The notes beneath the pieces were generated by a model. It was given only the letters and a program-made list of their open reading frames with translations, was not told where the DNA came from and did not search any database. From Zygnema circumcarinatum SAG 698-1b (taxonomy: Eukaryota > Plantae > Zygnematophyceae): 10,165 nt of DNA. The first letter of the stretch is position 1; each line of letters opens with the position of its first letter. Positions 1 to 8,369 of the stretch are shown here, piece by piece. Both the position numbers and the translations under genes were made by a program. The DNA lies in NCBI GenBank assembly GCA_037447605.1, contig JBBHKD010000045.1:1-10165 (forward strand). Reading direction: 5' to 3'.

Positions 1-182
1 TCAGTTACATGTATTGCTCATGCACTCCGTTGCCGCTATGAAAAAAAATATATAGATACATATATGGATTTACATTGATCTCGAACACGAGGCCGATTAA
101 GGATTAGAATTAAAATTAGCCGTGAATTTTATTTTCGATTTTTACATTAAATTTATAACTTTTCTTAAGGAGATGTGGCATT

Positions 183-240
183 GATCTCAGGATGATCTCA
201 CGATCTTACGATCTTACGATCTCATTGATCTCACGATCTC
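183..240 (+). repeat. Short tandem array of 8-bp GATCT(C/T)A(C/T) units
   Basis: GATCT starts at 183, 194, 202, 210, 218, 227 and 235. CATTGATCTC also occurs at 73, 179 and 223. Confidence 0.85.
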
Positions 241-1305
241 TTCTTCAGACAAAGGAATGACGTGGCATTCGGTAGTTACGAAAATCCCAGTCACTCGCGG
301 GGGACCTTCGCGGCTGTTTTTAGGGCTGCGTTGTTGAGCCTCGGCGTAGCTTTCCGCTCTCCTTAGGTCCTTTGCGACCGCATGCATGCATGCCGGACCG
401 TCTCGGTGGGAGCGTGGAGGCGGGCTCTCACCACCCGGCGGGCCCGACAGTGCGAACAGGGGCCCTCCGTACGACAGAATCAAGGGTACGGCCGTACAGG
501 TATAGCGTAGCACGTAGCGTCACGCTACAGCAGCAGAGCTCACAAAACGGCGTTCAAACTTCTTTATGCGACGTTTCTAAAAAATAGTGTTTGCGACAAT
601 GTTGATGTTGAAGTCTTTGTGGAGGACATGTCCCGGCAGGGCATGGCAGGGCAGGGCGGCGCAGGGCCGTGCCGTGCAATCCGACGTGTCATCGACATCA
701 CATCATACTTGGAGAAGAGCATTTCGCAGTTGAGGTCATCATTGCCACGAAGCGAGGCGAGCTTTTCGTCCATGCTATATTCCGCGCTCACAAGAGTCCA
801 CAAGGGTTCTTAGAGCTTGTAGAGCGCTGGTATTGCTAGGCGTGGAGGCAAAATTCCACGCACAGCCTTTACTTTCATCCCAAGTGGTTTGTGACCGGTT
901 TTTGTTGGAGTGGGGGACTGATCCCCGCTGCTCCCGGCAACACCTCGTGTGTCACCCTCCACAGGAACTCGTGTTCCCACCGATGTAGACATTCCCACTC
1001 TTACACTCTCAAGGCTCTATCTCAATTCACTCATCGCCCATAACTCACAGAATGAACACCAGAGATAAGCACAGCGGAAATCAATCGAGAGAAGTGTAGG
1101 AGAAAGCTCACGGCTCTAAAACTCCTTTATAATAAAATGTCCACCCACATGAAGTTCTCCCACCACTACAAGGTAAGTCCCTCTTACTCACTACCTCACG
1201 ACACAAGTGAAGGCAGCCTGACAGCACGAGCAGGCACAGAATAAGAGACAGAACTAGTATGGTTATTTTCCCATAGTAAAACTATGCACTATATAATATG
1301 GCGCC

Positions 1306-1333
1306 CGTGACGTGACACACATGTCACGTCACG
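1306..1333. repeat. Perfect palindrome CGTGACGTGACA-caca-TGTCACGTCACG (copy A)
   Basis: 12-bp perfect inverted arms with a 4-nt spacer. The stem extends through ATGGCG (1298-1303) / CGCCAT (1336-1341) across a 2-nt mismatch. Confidence 0.95.
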
Positions 1334-1632
1334 CCCGCCATTGCAAACCCATGCACCGAGTTTCAGTGGGCGCACTCAAGAATAGCGACCGGAGAGTGGC
1401 CTCGCAAACCTACGACGACACCGACCTAGTTCTTGTCTGTCCGTACAGTCGTCCGTACAGTTCCGCCGTTTCGCCAGCCTTCCTTAGCGATCTTCGCCCG
1501 CCGACACTTCGGCCGTACATACGAACCAGCGGACCCACATCACGAGTGGTCCACGTGGCGCATTCCGATTCGCCGCCAAGTATCTCCCATGTCGTTTCCG
1601 CGCCGCAACTTTCCGCTCCGCGTTTTGCGCCC

Positions 1633-1732
1633 GCGCCGCGACCAATCAAAGTAGCGCGTCCGTACGTCGCGCACTCGCGTCAGCGCCGCGACCAATCATC
1701 GCCGCTCGTTCGAACTCCGCGCACTCGCGGCG
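1633..1732 (+). promoter_or_regulatory. 50-bp tandem duplication carrying CCAAT boxes (promoter/enhancer-like)
   Basis: GCGCCGCGACCAATCA at 1633 and 1683; CGCGCACTCGCG at 1668 and 1718; the 19-bp spacers differ. The repeat is seen directly; the regulatory role is inferred. Confidence 0.5.
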
Positions 1733-2470
1733 CACTCGCCTAAGTCAGAACACCGACATCACTAAATCTAGAAGCACTACGCCTAGTAGATCTCATGTTC
1801 AACAACTGAGTACCACAACAAGTTAGTGTGTCCAATGTAATGTCTAACTATCATACACTAACACTAACAGTTTTCCCTCTGTTCTACGTGTTGGTTTTGT
1901 CCGTCTACATTTGATGACATTACCACTGAAGCCTTTATCGGGAATTGAAATTTAACAAAAAAAAAATGGATTAAAATGAGCCCAACAAGCCTTCTTAAAC
2001 CAATAAAATTCGAGCCCAAAAAAATTATAGCACTAAAATTGGTAAGGAAGAAGGTACGGACGGCAGAAGGGGCGAGAAGGGTTGCCAACCATTGGCCGGA
2101 GTCGAACCGCCAGAGTTGTGCCGCGAGGTGATGTCATCCCCAACTAAAGAGTATTAAACTAGGGAGATTGCAAAGGATGTGGCTTTCATCTCACAACAAT
2201 GGCGATGCCATCAGATGTCCTTGGACAATCTGCATGGGGAACCTGCGCACGCATGCGAGCCATGCGCCTCCACGCGGCCCCGTGCATGCGACCGCCCCGG
2301 GTCCGCACCGCCTTACAGCAGAAGGTTCAACCGGGGGGGCCCGGTAGGCTCCGCTGGCCGCTGGCACGCTCCAGCCAAGGTGCCGCCAAGCCGTCCCCCC
2401 CACACCGGGGGGGCGGGGGCGCTCGCAGGAGTGGACCGCCGGACGACCCAACGAAGGCGCTGTTGAGATA

Positions 2471-2517
2471 CGTACAATCGGATATAGAGTCGTACGATCG
2501 GATATAGAGTCGTACGA
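2471..2517 (+). repeat. 20-bp tandem repeat, about 2.3 copies
   Basis: CGTACAATCGGATATAGAGT / CGTACGATCGGATATAGAGT / CGTACGA. Confidence 0.9.
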
Positions 2518-2637
2518 AACTTTTTGTACAGTACAGTACAGTAGGACCCCATGATATTTTCCACCTTGTAACAGTGCGTCCCCAAGAAATTCGCCCCGAT
2601 TTTGCCGAAACCACCTTTTGTTACGGTAACGTTGTGT

Positions 2638-2700
2638 TAGCCGTACTATTCGTACTATTCCTACTAGCCGTACTAACCGTACTAGCTGTACTAGCCGTTA
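2638..2700 (+). repeat. 9-bp tandem repeat x7 (consensus TAGCCGTAC) inside the MITE
   Basis: tagccgtac tattcgtac tattcctac tagccgtac taaccgtac tagctgtac tagccgtta. Confidence 0.85.
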
Positions 2701-2971
2701 CGGGCTTACGCAAAACTCACCTAATAGGGGGTCTCAGACTTAAACAAAACTTGGTAATCGTACAGCTTGGTAATTGGTAATCGGGGATAGAGAAATTGGT
2801 AATAATGATTACTTTGCCGAACCTGTGCCGAACCAAATGCAAGTCAACGCTGGTAATCGTACAAGTCCGAAATTGGTCATGGGCGCCCCAGGACTTGGTA
2901 ATCGTACAGCCTATCACCAGAAACTTATCACCACCCAAAACGGTGGTTTTCGGTCTCCGCGAAAGGAAATG

Positions 2972-2981
2972 NNNNNNNNNN
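2972..2981. other. Assembly gap (10 N)
   Basis: Run of N. Confidence 1.
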
Positions 2982-3119
2982 GCTCCCTCCGCCGCCCGCC
3001 GCCCGCCGCCCTCCGTTTTGTCGCCACGTGCGTCAACACCGCGCGAGCGGCGTCCCGCCGCGGCGCCTCGCGCTCGCCGCCTGCCCGCCTGCTCGCTCGC
3101 TGCGAGCTCATATCAGCTC

Positions 3120-3136
3120 GGGTTTAGGGTTTAGGG
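3120..3136 (+). repeat. Plant-type telomeric motif GGGTTTAGGGTTTAGGG (telo-box-like), inside the MITE right end
   Basis: Two TTTAGGG units plus a leading GGG, just inside the extended right TIR. Confidence 0.7.
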
Positions 3137-3534
3137 CTCCTCCCTCCTCCTGGTGACGCACTTTTGGAGGTGGAAAATATGATGGGGTCCTACTGTACCG
3201 CAAAAACATATCTAATAACATTGTTACTATAAATGTGAAATGACAAACGGGTCATTACGGATAGAGTGACACAAACATGTGGGGACCGACACAGTCACTA
3301 TAACGTGATTAGACTATAGTGTGAATCCCAAGACCTTTGATTGTATGGTTCGTGTTGTTCATCATGTTATGCATTTTGGCGGCGAGGTTTTAGGAAGGAC
3401 AGATATAAGACTACTATTTTCTGTGTCTTTCTCATCCGGAGCTTTGAGGAAAGCATAGGATGCTTGAGCTCTCGTTCATCTTTGGAAATAAAGCCTTCGT
3501 GGATAAGTGTGTTGTCGGCAGATCATTGTTGGTA

Positions 3535-3650
3535 TAGTTAGCAGTCCTCATATTTTCCACCCTGTACAGTGCGTCCCCAAGAAATTCGCCCCGATTTTGC
3601 CGAAACCACCTTTTTGTACGGTAACTCTGTGTTAGCCGTACTACCCGTAC
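3535..3650 (+). mobile_element. Second left end of the same MITE family with a degenerate outer TIR
   Basis: 3550-3643 matches 2554-2648 with about 6 differences. The outermost ~13 bp (TAGTTAGCAGTCC) differ from CAGTAGGACCCCA. No matching right TIR is seen before the gap at 4125. Confidence 0.75.
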
Positions 3651-4124
3651 AATTTGTACCCCTAAAACCCTTAGGAAAATTCTATTCTCACACCTTTTTT
3701 GTCTACACACAGACCTTTTTTCGCCGGGCAGATCTCAAAATAGTAAAAAAAGGATTAACAACAGAAAATGCTCTTTTCACGCTTTTTCTGGAATCGACAC
3801 ACACCCGTTTTCCGTCGGGCAGAGTTTTTTACAATCCGCTCGGAGCGGAAGATCCGTCCGCCACGAGATCGGTCGCGGATGTGCGTCCCTCACACGTTTG
3901 GTTCATCTCAGCCGTCGATTTCATCTCAGATCGCACCATGGCAGATCACCGTTCGATGTGCAGCAAGGCTCGGTCCCAACGAATGGCACGCGCACACGCA
4001 GGGGCAAGGGCAAGGGCAAGGACTCACCGCTGCTCAAGTCCGCCGTCGTCACTTGCTCACCGGTCGCACTTTTGTCGTCGTCGCCGGCTCACCGCTCACC
4101 GATCAGTGGGGGGAGGCGAGAGGT

Positions 4125-4134
4125 NNNNNNNNNN
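4125..4134. other. Assembly gap (10 N)
   Basis: Run of N. Confidence 1.
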
Positions 4135-4612
4135 GCCCTTCCTTGGGGGCTCTCTTCCCCTGTCCTCTCTTCGGCTATTCTCTTCGCTAGACTTCTAGTT
4201 ATCATCGGTCATTGGGAGGAGTGTAAGGCAGGATATCACAAGATGGTAGCTTGGCATAGTGACAACAAAGGGAAAATAGGACTCAGCTTAGATAAAGGTT
4301 GTGTTTTGGAAACTCACCCCAGCCAGCGATTGGCTGGGGATTGTCATTACAATGAAAGTGTCTTCTCACTGAAATCTTTGTCTGGCTGGGCTGAATGGGA
4401 TGTCTAAATGCTATCAGCAAGAAGACTCTTTCTCTTTCTCTCTATGCAATGGAACTCTCTCTCTCTCTCTCTTTACTTAGCATCTGTTGCTGGAGCTGAA
4501 GAGGCAGAAAAAGAAGAAGAACAAGACAACAAACCACACAGCAAATACAAATACTAAGCCCAGCACTAAAAGACAAACTAGCATCACTGACATCCCATCT
4601 ACTTATCACTGA
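4135..4612 (-). mobile_element. LTR copy 1 (both ends bounded by gaps; position and orientation fit a 3' LTR of the pol element)
   Basis: Reverse complement aligns along its whole length to 8851-9351 (4 mismatches in the first 84 bp, then more divergent with indels). TGATAAGTA at 4608-4600 is the inverted match to the TACTTATCA end of copy 2. Contains (AG)9 on the minus strand. Confidence 0.8.
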
Positions 4613-4622
4613 NNNNNNNNNN
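4613..4622. other. Assembly gap (10 N); hides the integrase C-terminus and PPT
   Basis: Run of N between the WLGPFICV codons and the LTR start. Confidence 1.
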
Positions 4623-5540
4623 CCGACACAAATGAAGGGGCCCAACCACGGAAAAGCCCGTTGAGTCGGTTTGGCGAGATTCCTGAGCCAAATGAGCTGA
4701 CGTGGCACGACCTGATTGGGCGGGAGAGCAGCGCGTCTGCGCCTCCCAAAGTCAGTGAGTTGTCGTCTGTGCGCGCGTTCGAGGTGGTGGGAGGCTATGG
4801 AATCTAGGGTTTGGAAGCGGAGGGCCAGGAGCTGAAGCTGGGCTACCCGATCTAGGGGAGGCGCGTCATCGTAGAAGAGGGGCTCAGAAGAGAGGAGGTC
4901 AAGGGGAATGCGGGGCTTACGGCCATAGAGGAGCTCATAGGGAGAGAAGCCCGTGGAGGAGTGCACCGAAGTGTTGTAAGTGAAGACCAGGGAGGGGATG
5001 ACCTCGCGCCAGTCCGCCTCTTGCTCCGCGCAGCCGCGAACACACGCGTCCTTGACGGTCTGTATGGTACGTTCTACAAGCCCATTCTGCCAGGGGGAGT
5101 AGGGGCTAGAGGTGCGGTGAATGATGCGGAAGTCTTGCATGAGCTTGGCAAACGCCCCCTTGTATTCGGTGCCATTGTCAGAGTGAACCGAGTAGGAGAG
5201 AGAGTGACNNNNNNNNNNCTTCCACCCATTTGGTGTATCTGTCCACTGCTAGGAATACCCGAATGTAGCCAGAGGGGGTGCCGAGCTGGGGGATAGAAAA
5301 GGTGTCAATGTTCCAATCTTCTGCAACGCCTCGTATCAGGATCTCACCCATCTTTAGGGGTTGGCGGTCGGGGGGAGCAGAACGCTTGCCGCGTTGGCAA
5401 CGGGTGCAGGTTTCGACGTATCGGCTCACTGCGCCATGGAGTCCGGGCCAGTAATAGCGCTCCTGCAGCATGGCGACCATCTTCTTCTGGCCAAGGTGGA
5501 ATTCGGCAGGCTGGGCATCGTGGGCGACATCCAGGATCTC
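4623..5540 (-). pseudogene. DDE integrase domain with HHCC zinc finger; C-terminus cut by gap
   Basis: AHD..FHLG..TCTRC (5397-5522); WNID (D 5304-5306); VHSDNGTEY (D 5177-5179); NGLVER (E 5072-5074), giving exact D35E spacing; ends WLGPFICV (GPF motif) at the gap. Confidence 0.95.
5209..5218. other. Assembly gap (10 N nominal, true size probably larger)
   Basis: Integrase cores usually have roughly 25-30 residues between KWVE and the (V/I)xSDNG motif. Only about 6 residues plus 10 N are present here. Confidence 0.9.
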
Positions 5541-6011
5541 CATGCGCTCGTTGGGGAAAGGAACAGGAAGGCCGGAGGGGAGGTAGAGAATCTGACCATC
5601 ATCATCAACAGAGAAGTTCCGAGCGCGGCGAAGCAGCCGAGCCCTCTCGGTGTCAGTGATAAAAGGGGGCAGTGTGTGAGTCATGACGTAACGCAGAAGA
5701 GAGGAGTCAGAGTGAACGTCATTGGCACTGGGGAAGTGGGGAGGAAGAAAGGGAGCTTCGCCGTCGTCATCCATGAGGAGTTCCCAAGGATCCGCATGAG
5801 GGTGGCCGTGGGTGAAGTCAGGGTCTTGCCAGCGATGGAGGGTGGTGGCCGTGGCCGGAATATCAATCAGCCCATCTGCGAATATGACATCATGCAGGTC
5901 TTGATCTGCAATAAAAATCTCGATGGGAAGATGCTCAGGGTTCAAGAGGGTGGGTGGGGGGATGGGTTCAGGAACGGCCGGATCGTGACAGAGGAGTGGA
6001 GCCGAAGGATT

Positions 6012-6370
6012 TCGACTGAGGCCGTCTGCATTGCCGTGGCTCCGTCCGGGACGGTGAGTGACCTTGAGTACATTATACTCCTCCAACTTCATCACCCAAC
6101 GTGCAAACTTGGGTCGTAGGGTAGCCATGATGTGCAGCCAAGTGAGTGGCATGTGGTCAGTCCGAATGACAATGGGCTGGTAGGCTGTAAAGAGCTTAAA
6201 CTTCTCGAGTGCCCAGAGAATAGCCGCTGCCTCGCCCTCAGTAGGGCTGTACTTGGTCTCGGTTTCCGAACAAACCCGGCTAGCATAACTGACCGGTGTT
6301 CCCCATCAGAGAATGCTTGACTGGCCACTGCCCCAAAGCCCGTCTGACTCCAGTCGGCGTCAATGATTGT
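6012..6370 (-). pseudogene. RNase H domain of gypsy pol, frameshifted near 6295
   Basis: TIIDADWSQTGFGAV. Restoring one C near 6295 gives HPVSYASRVCSETETKYSPTEGEAAAILWALEKF...IRTDHMPLTWL...ARWVMKLEEY...HRPGRSHGNADGLSR. Confidence 0.93.
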
Positions 6371-7340
6371 GGGCAGGGTGGGGTCGAATTGATGCAGACA
6401 AGGAGCCTGAAGGAGGGCACTCTTGAGCGCATGGAAGGACAGATCCTGCGCTCGGCTCCATTCGTAGTGGACTCCGTGTTTCTCCAAGGCATGTAGGGGA
6501 CGCGCGATAAGGGCATAACCCTTGATGAACCGGCGATAGAATGAGGTGAGTCCCAAGAAAGATTTGAGCTGAGTGAGGTTCTGTGGAACTGGCATGAGGT
6601 CAATGGCCTCAATTTTGTCGAGTGATGGCTTCAGTCCATTGATGCCAAGACGATGTCCTAGGTGAGTGATCTCCTGATGGCCCCACTTGCATTTCTTGGG
6701 GGCAATCTTCAAACGCGCACTGATGAGCTGTTGCAGTACTTGGTCAATGTGTTGCAGGTGGGAGGACCAATCCTTGCTGTGGAGGGAAGCATCATCCACA
6801 TACGGTTCGCAGAAGGCGCGACAGGGACCGAAGACCTGGTTGGCCAGGCGCTGGTGAGTTTGGCTGGAATTCTTGAGCCCAAAGGGAAGCACTCCACACC
6901 GCATCTAATCGTGGCCGCAAGCGGTTCTCAAGGCTTTGTAGCTTATCGCCTATCGCGAAAAGGGATCCGCCGTAAGGACTTCTGCATCCAGTGCTGAGAA
7001 ACTAATCGGGGTCAACGAAACGCCATGAGGATGTGAGGTCACATCCGCAATGTATAGGATCCCACTTCGCCATCGTTCAATTTCCATATAGTCTCCACGT
7101 ACGGGCGGGCAGCCATCTCGCTTCGTAGACAGCCACAACCCAGACCTTCTCCCCGGTTCCATCAATCCATTACCACATTCTTCGCCGACCGCTCTTCGAC
7201 ATCGGCCTCAGCCGGAAAGCGCCGAAAGTTTATAAGGGGTCATGGTCATCACTGGAGGGGAATCCCCTGTATCAATGTGATGCTCAATCAGGTGGGTCTT
7301 GCCGATGTCGAGTGAATGACGTGCAAAAACTAGGTGATTG
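6371..7340 (-). pseudogene. Reverse transcriptase domain of gypsy pol (boundaries approximate)
   Basis: VFARHSLDIGKTHLIEHHIDTGDSPP...PY N-terminal motif; FSALD (6986-7000, first catalytic Asp); LPFGLKNS; YVDD (6791-6802); KKCKW, HLGH, LKSFLGLTSFYRRFIKGY. Confidence 0.95.
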
Positions 7341-8341
7341 CGGCGCAGCACTTGGAGCAATTGAGAATGCTTGATTGGGTCTGAGAGTACTGCTGGCCCC
7401 AATCGCATCTGACCCTCTATCTCCAGCCACTCTTCATCACTGATGGTCTCGTGGGCGGGAAAGCTGGGTGCAGCTATCATCGGCGTCAAAAGGTCTTCCG
7501 TCGGCGCACAGAGGGCTGGACCCGGAGGAGCAGGAGTGGGAGTCTCATCCTCGGTATCAGAATTGGCAGAACCATAGGAAGAATGGGGACTGCTGTTGGT
7601 GCAAGGGGCAGCAAGAAAGGAAAGACACAAGGAAAGGGCAACACATGCCCTCGGTATCAGAGCTCAAAACTTTTCTTTTTCTTCTCCTTGGGCCACATAC
7701 GGCATCCGCCACGATATGCCTTCTCGTCCACCACTTGCCAGGTGCGCACAGCGGATAGCTAAACACCCCACCTCAACAAGAACACTTCTTCATCTCCTCC
7801 ATGGTCTCGGCTCCTCAACTCCACGCTCCTCCAATGATCTCCTCGTGTGGGCAGCTTTTGCGCCAGCCACAATGAGTGCCTCACTCATCCACCACGTCGA
7901 TCAACACGAGGACTCACATGACAAATGTCTGATGTAAGGAGAAAGCCCGCGGCCCTAAAGCTCCTTAACTTCATGAGTGTAATACAAGCTCTTGAGGAAA
8001 TCTACGCCGATCCCGTATGCTAGATTCTCACTCCTCACATAAACTATCCTATCCTCTCATAGATAGCCTACACCCCCAACTCTTGATAGCCAAGCACTAC
8101 ACACTCCATGAACTCCTCCTCTACCTCAACACTTGAGGACACACCATCTAAGCTTCTTCACTAAAAGCAGCATGATGAGAGCCTTCGTTCCTTCGACCTT
8201 CATACACAGGCGGACTCCTCTAGGCCTCGGCCTGCACCCTACTCTTCGCTTACACAACAGCGATTAGGGCAGCATATAACATTGAGAGAGTGAGTAAGTG
8301 AGAGAGAGCCAAGCTTGCTCCTCTTAAACTATGGCGGCCGG

Positions 8342-8369
8342 CGTGACGTGACACCGATGTCACGTCACG
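8342..8369. repeat. Perfect palindrome CGTGACGTGACA-ccga-TGTCACGTCACG (copy B)
   Basis: Arms identical to copy A, different spacer, also preceded by ATGGCG (8331-8336). Confidence 0.95.

Larger units (their letters stand above)
2539..3195. mobile_element. Non-autonomous Tc1/mariner-pogo-type DNA transposon (MITE-like), TA TSD
   Basis: TIRs CAGTAGGACCCCATGATATTTTCCACCT (2539-2566) and its reverse complement (3168-3195) match at 27/28, with a further imperfect extension (AGTGCGTC). TA at 2537-2538 and 3196-3197. No transposase ORF. A gap at 2972-2981 lies between the two ends. Confidence 0.85.
4623..7630 (-). pseudogene. pol: Ty3/gypsy LTR-retrotransposon pol (RT-RNase H-integrase), disrupted; 5' part (gag/protease) not seen
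   Basis: Domain order RT-RH-INT read across ORFs 7208..7630, 6950..7165, 6092..6904, 5178..6152 and 4442..5140. In-frame stops at 7208-7210, 6950-6952 and 6905-6907, a 1-bp frameshift near 6295, and an N gap at 5209-5218. The 3' end is cut by the gap at 4613-4622. Confidence 0.96.

Noticed and set aside
380-393. GCATGCATGCATGC palindrome (RY-like)
   Set aside because: Simple tetranucleotide repeat with no supporting gene context.
1306-1333. Palindromes as Helitron 3' hairpins
   Set aside because: No CTRR-T terminus at the usual ~10-nt distance in either copy (nearest CTAGT in A is about 47 bp away; B has CTAA followed by C).
1312-2614. Short overlapping ORFs in GC-rich 1312-1743 and 2179-2614 (also 214-587 and 8421-8828)
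   Set aside because: Arg/Pro/Ala-rich, overlapping on both strands, alternative starts and no domains; expected by chance at this GC content.
2471-2700. CRISPR-like array
   Set aside because: Head-to-tail short tandem repeats without unique spacers, in a eukaryotic TE context with no cas genes.
3569-4198. 209-aa ORF as a transposase
   Set aside because: Starts at GTG inside the TIR-like sequence, crosses an N gap, is low complexity and has no DDE/D or HTH motif.
5540-6010. RH-INT linker as a Tat-type additional RNase H
   Set aside because: No aRH catalytic motif visible; it reads as a Pro/Asp-rich linker plus the usual pre-integrase segment.
5361-6119. 252-aa plus-strand ORF and the other plus-strand ORFs over 4961-7762
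   Set aside because: Antisense shadows of the GC-rich pol frame; no independent motifs.
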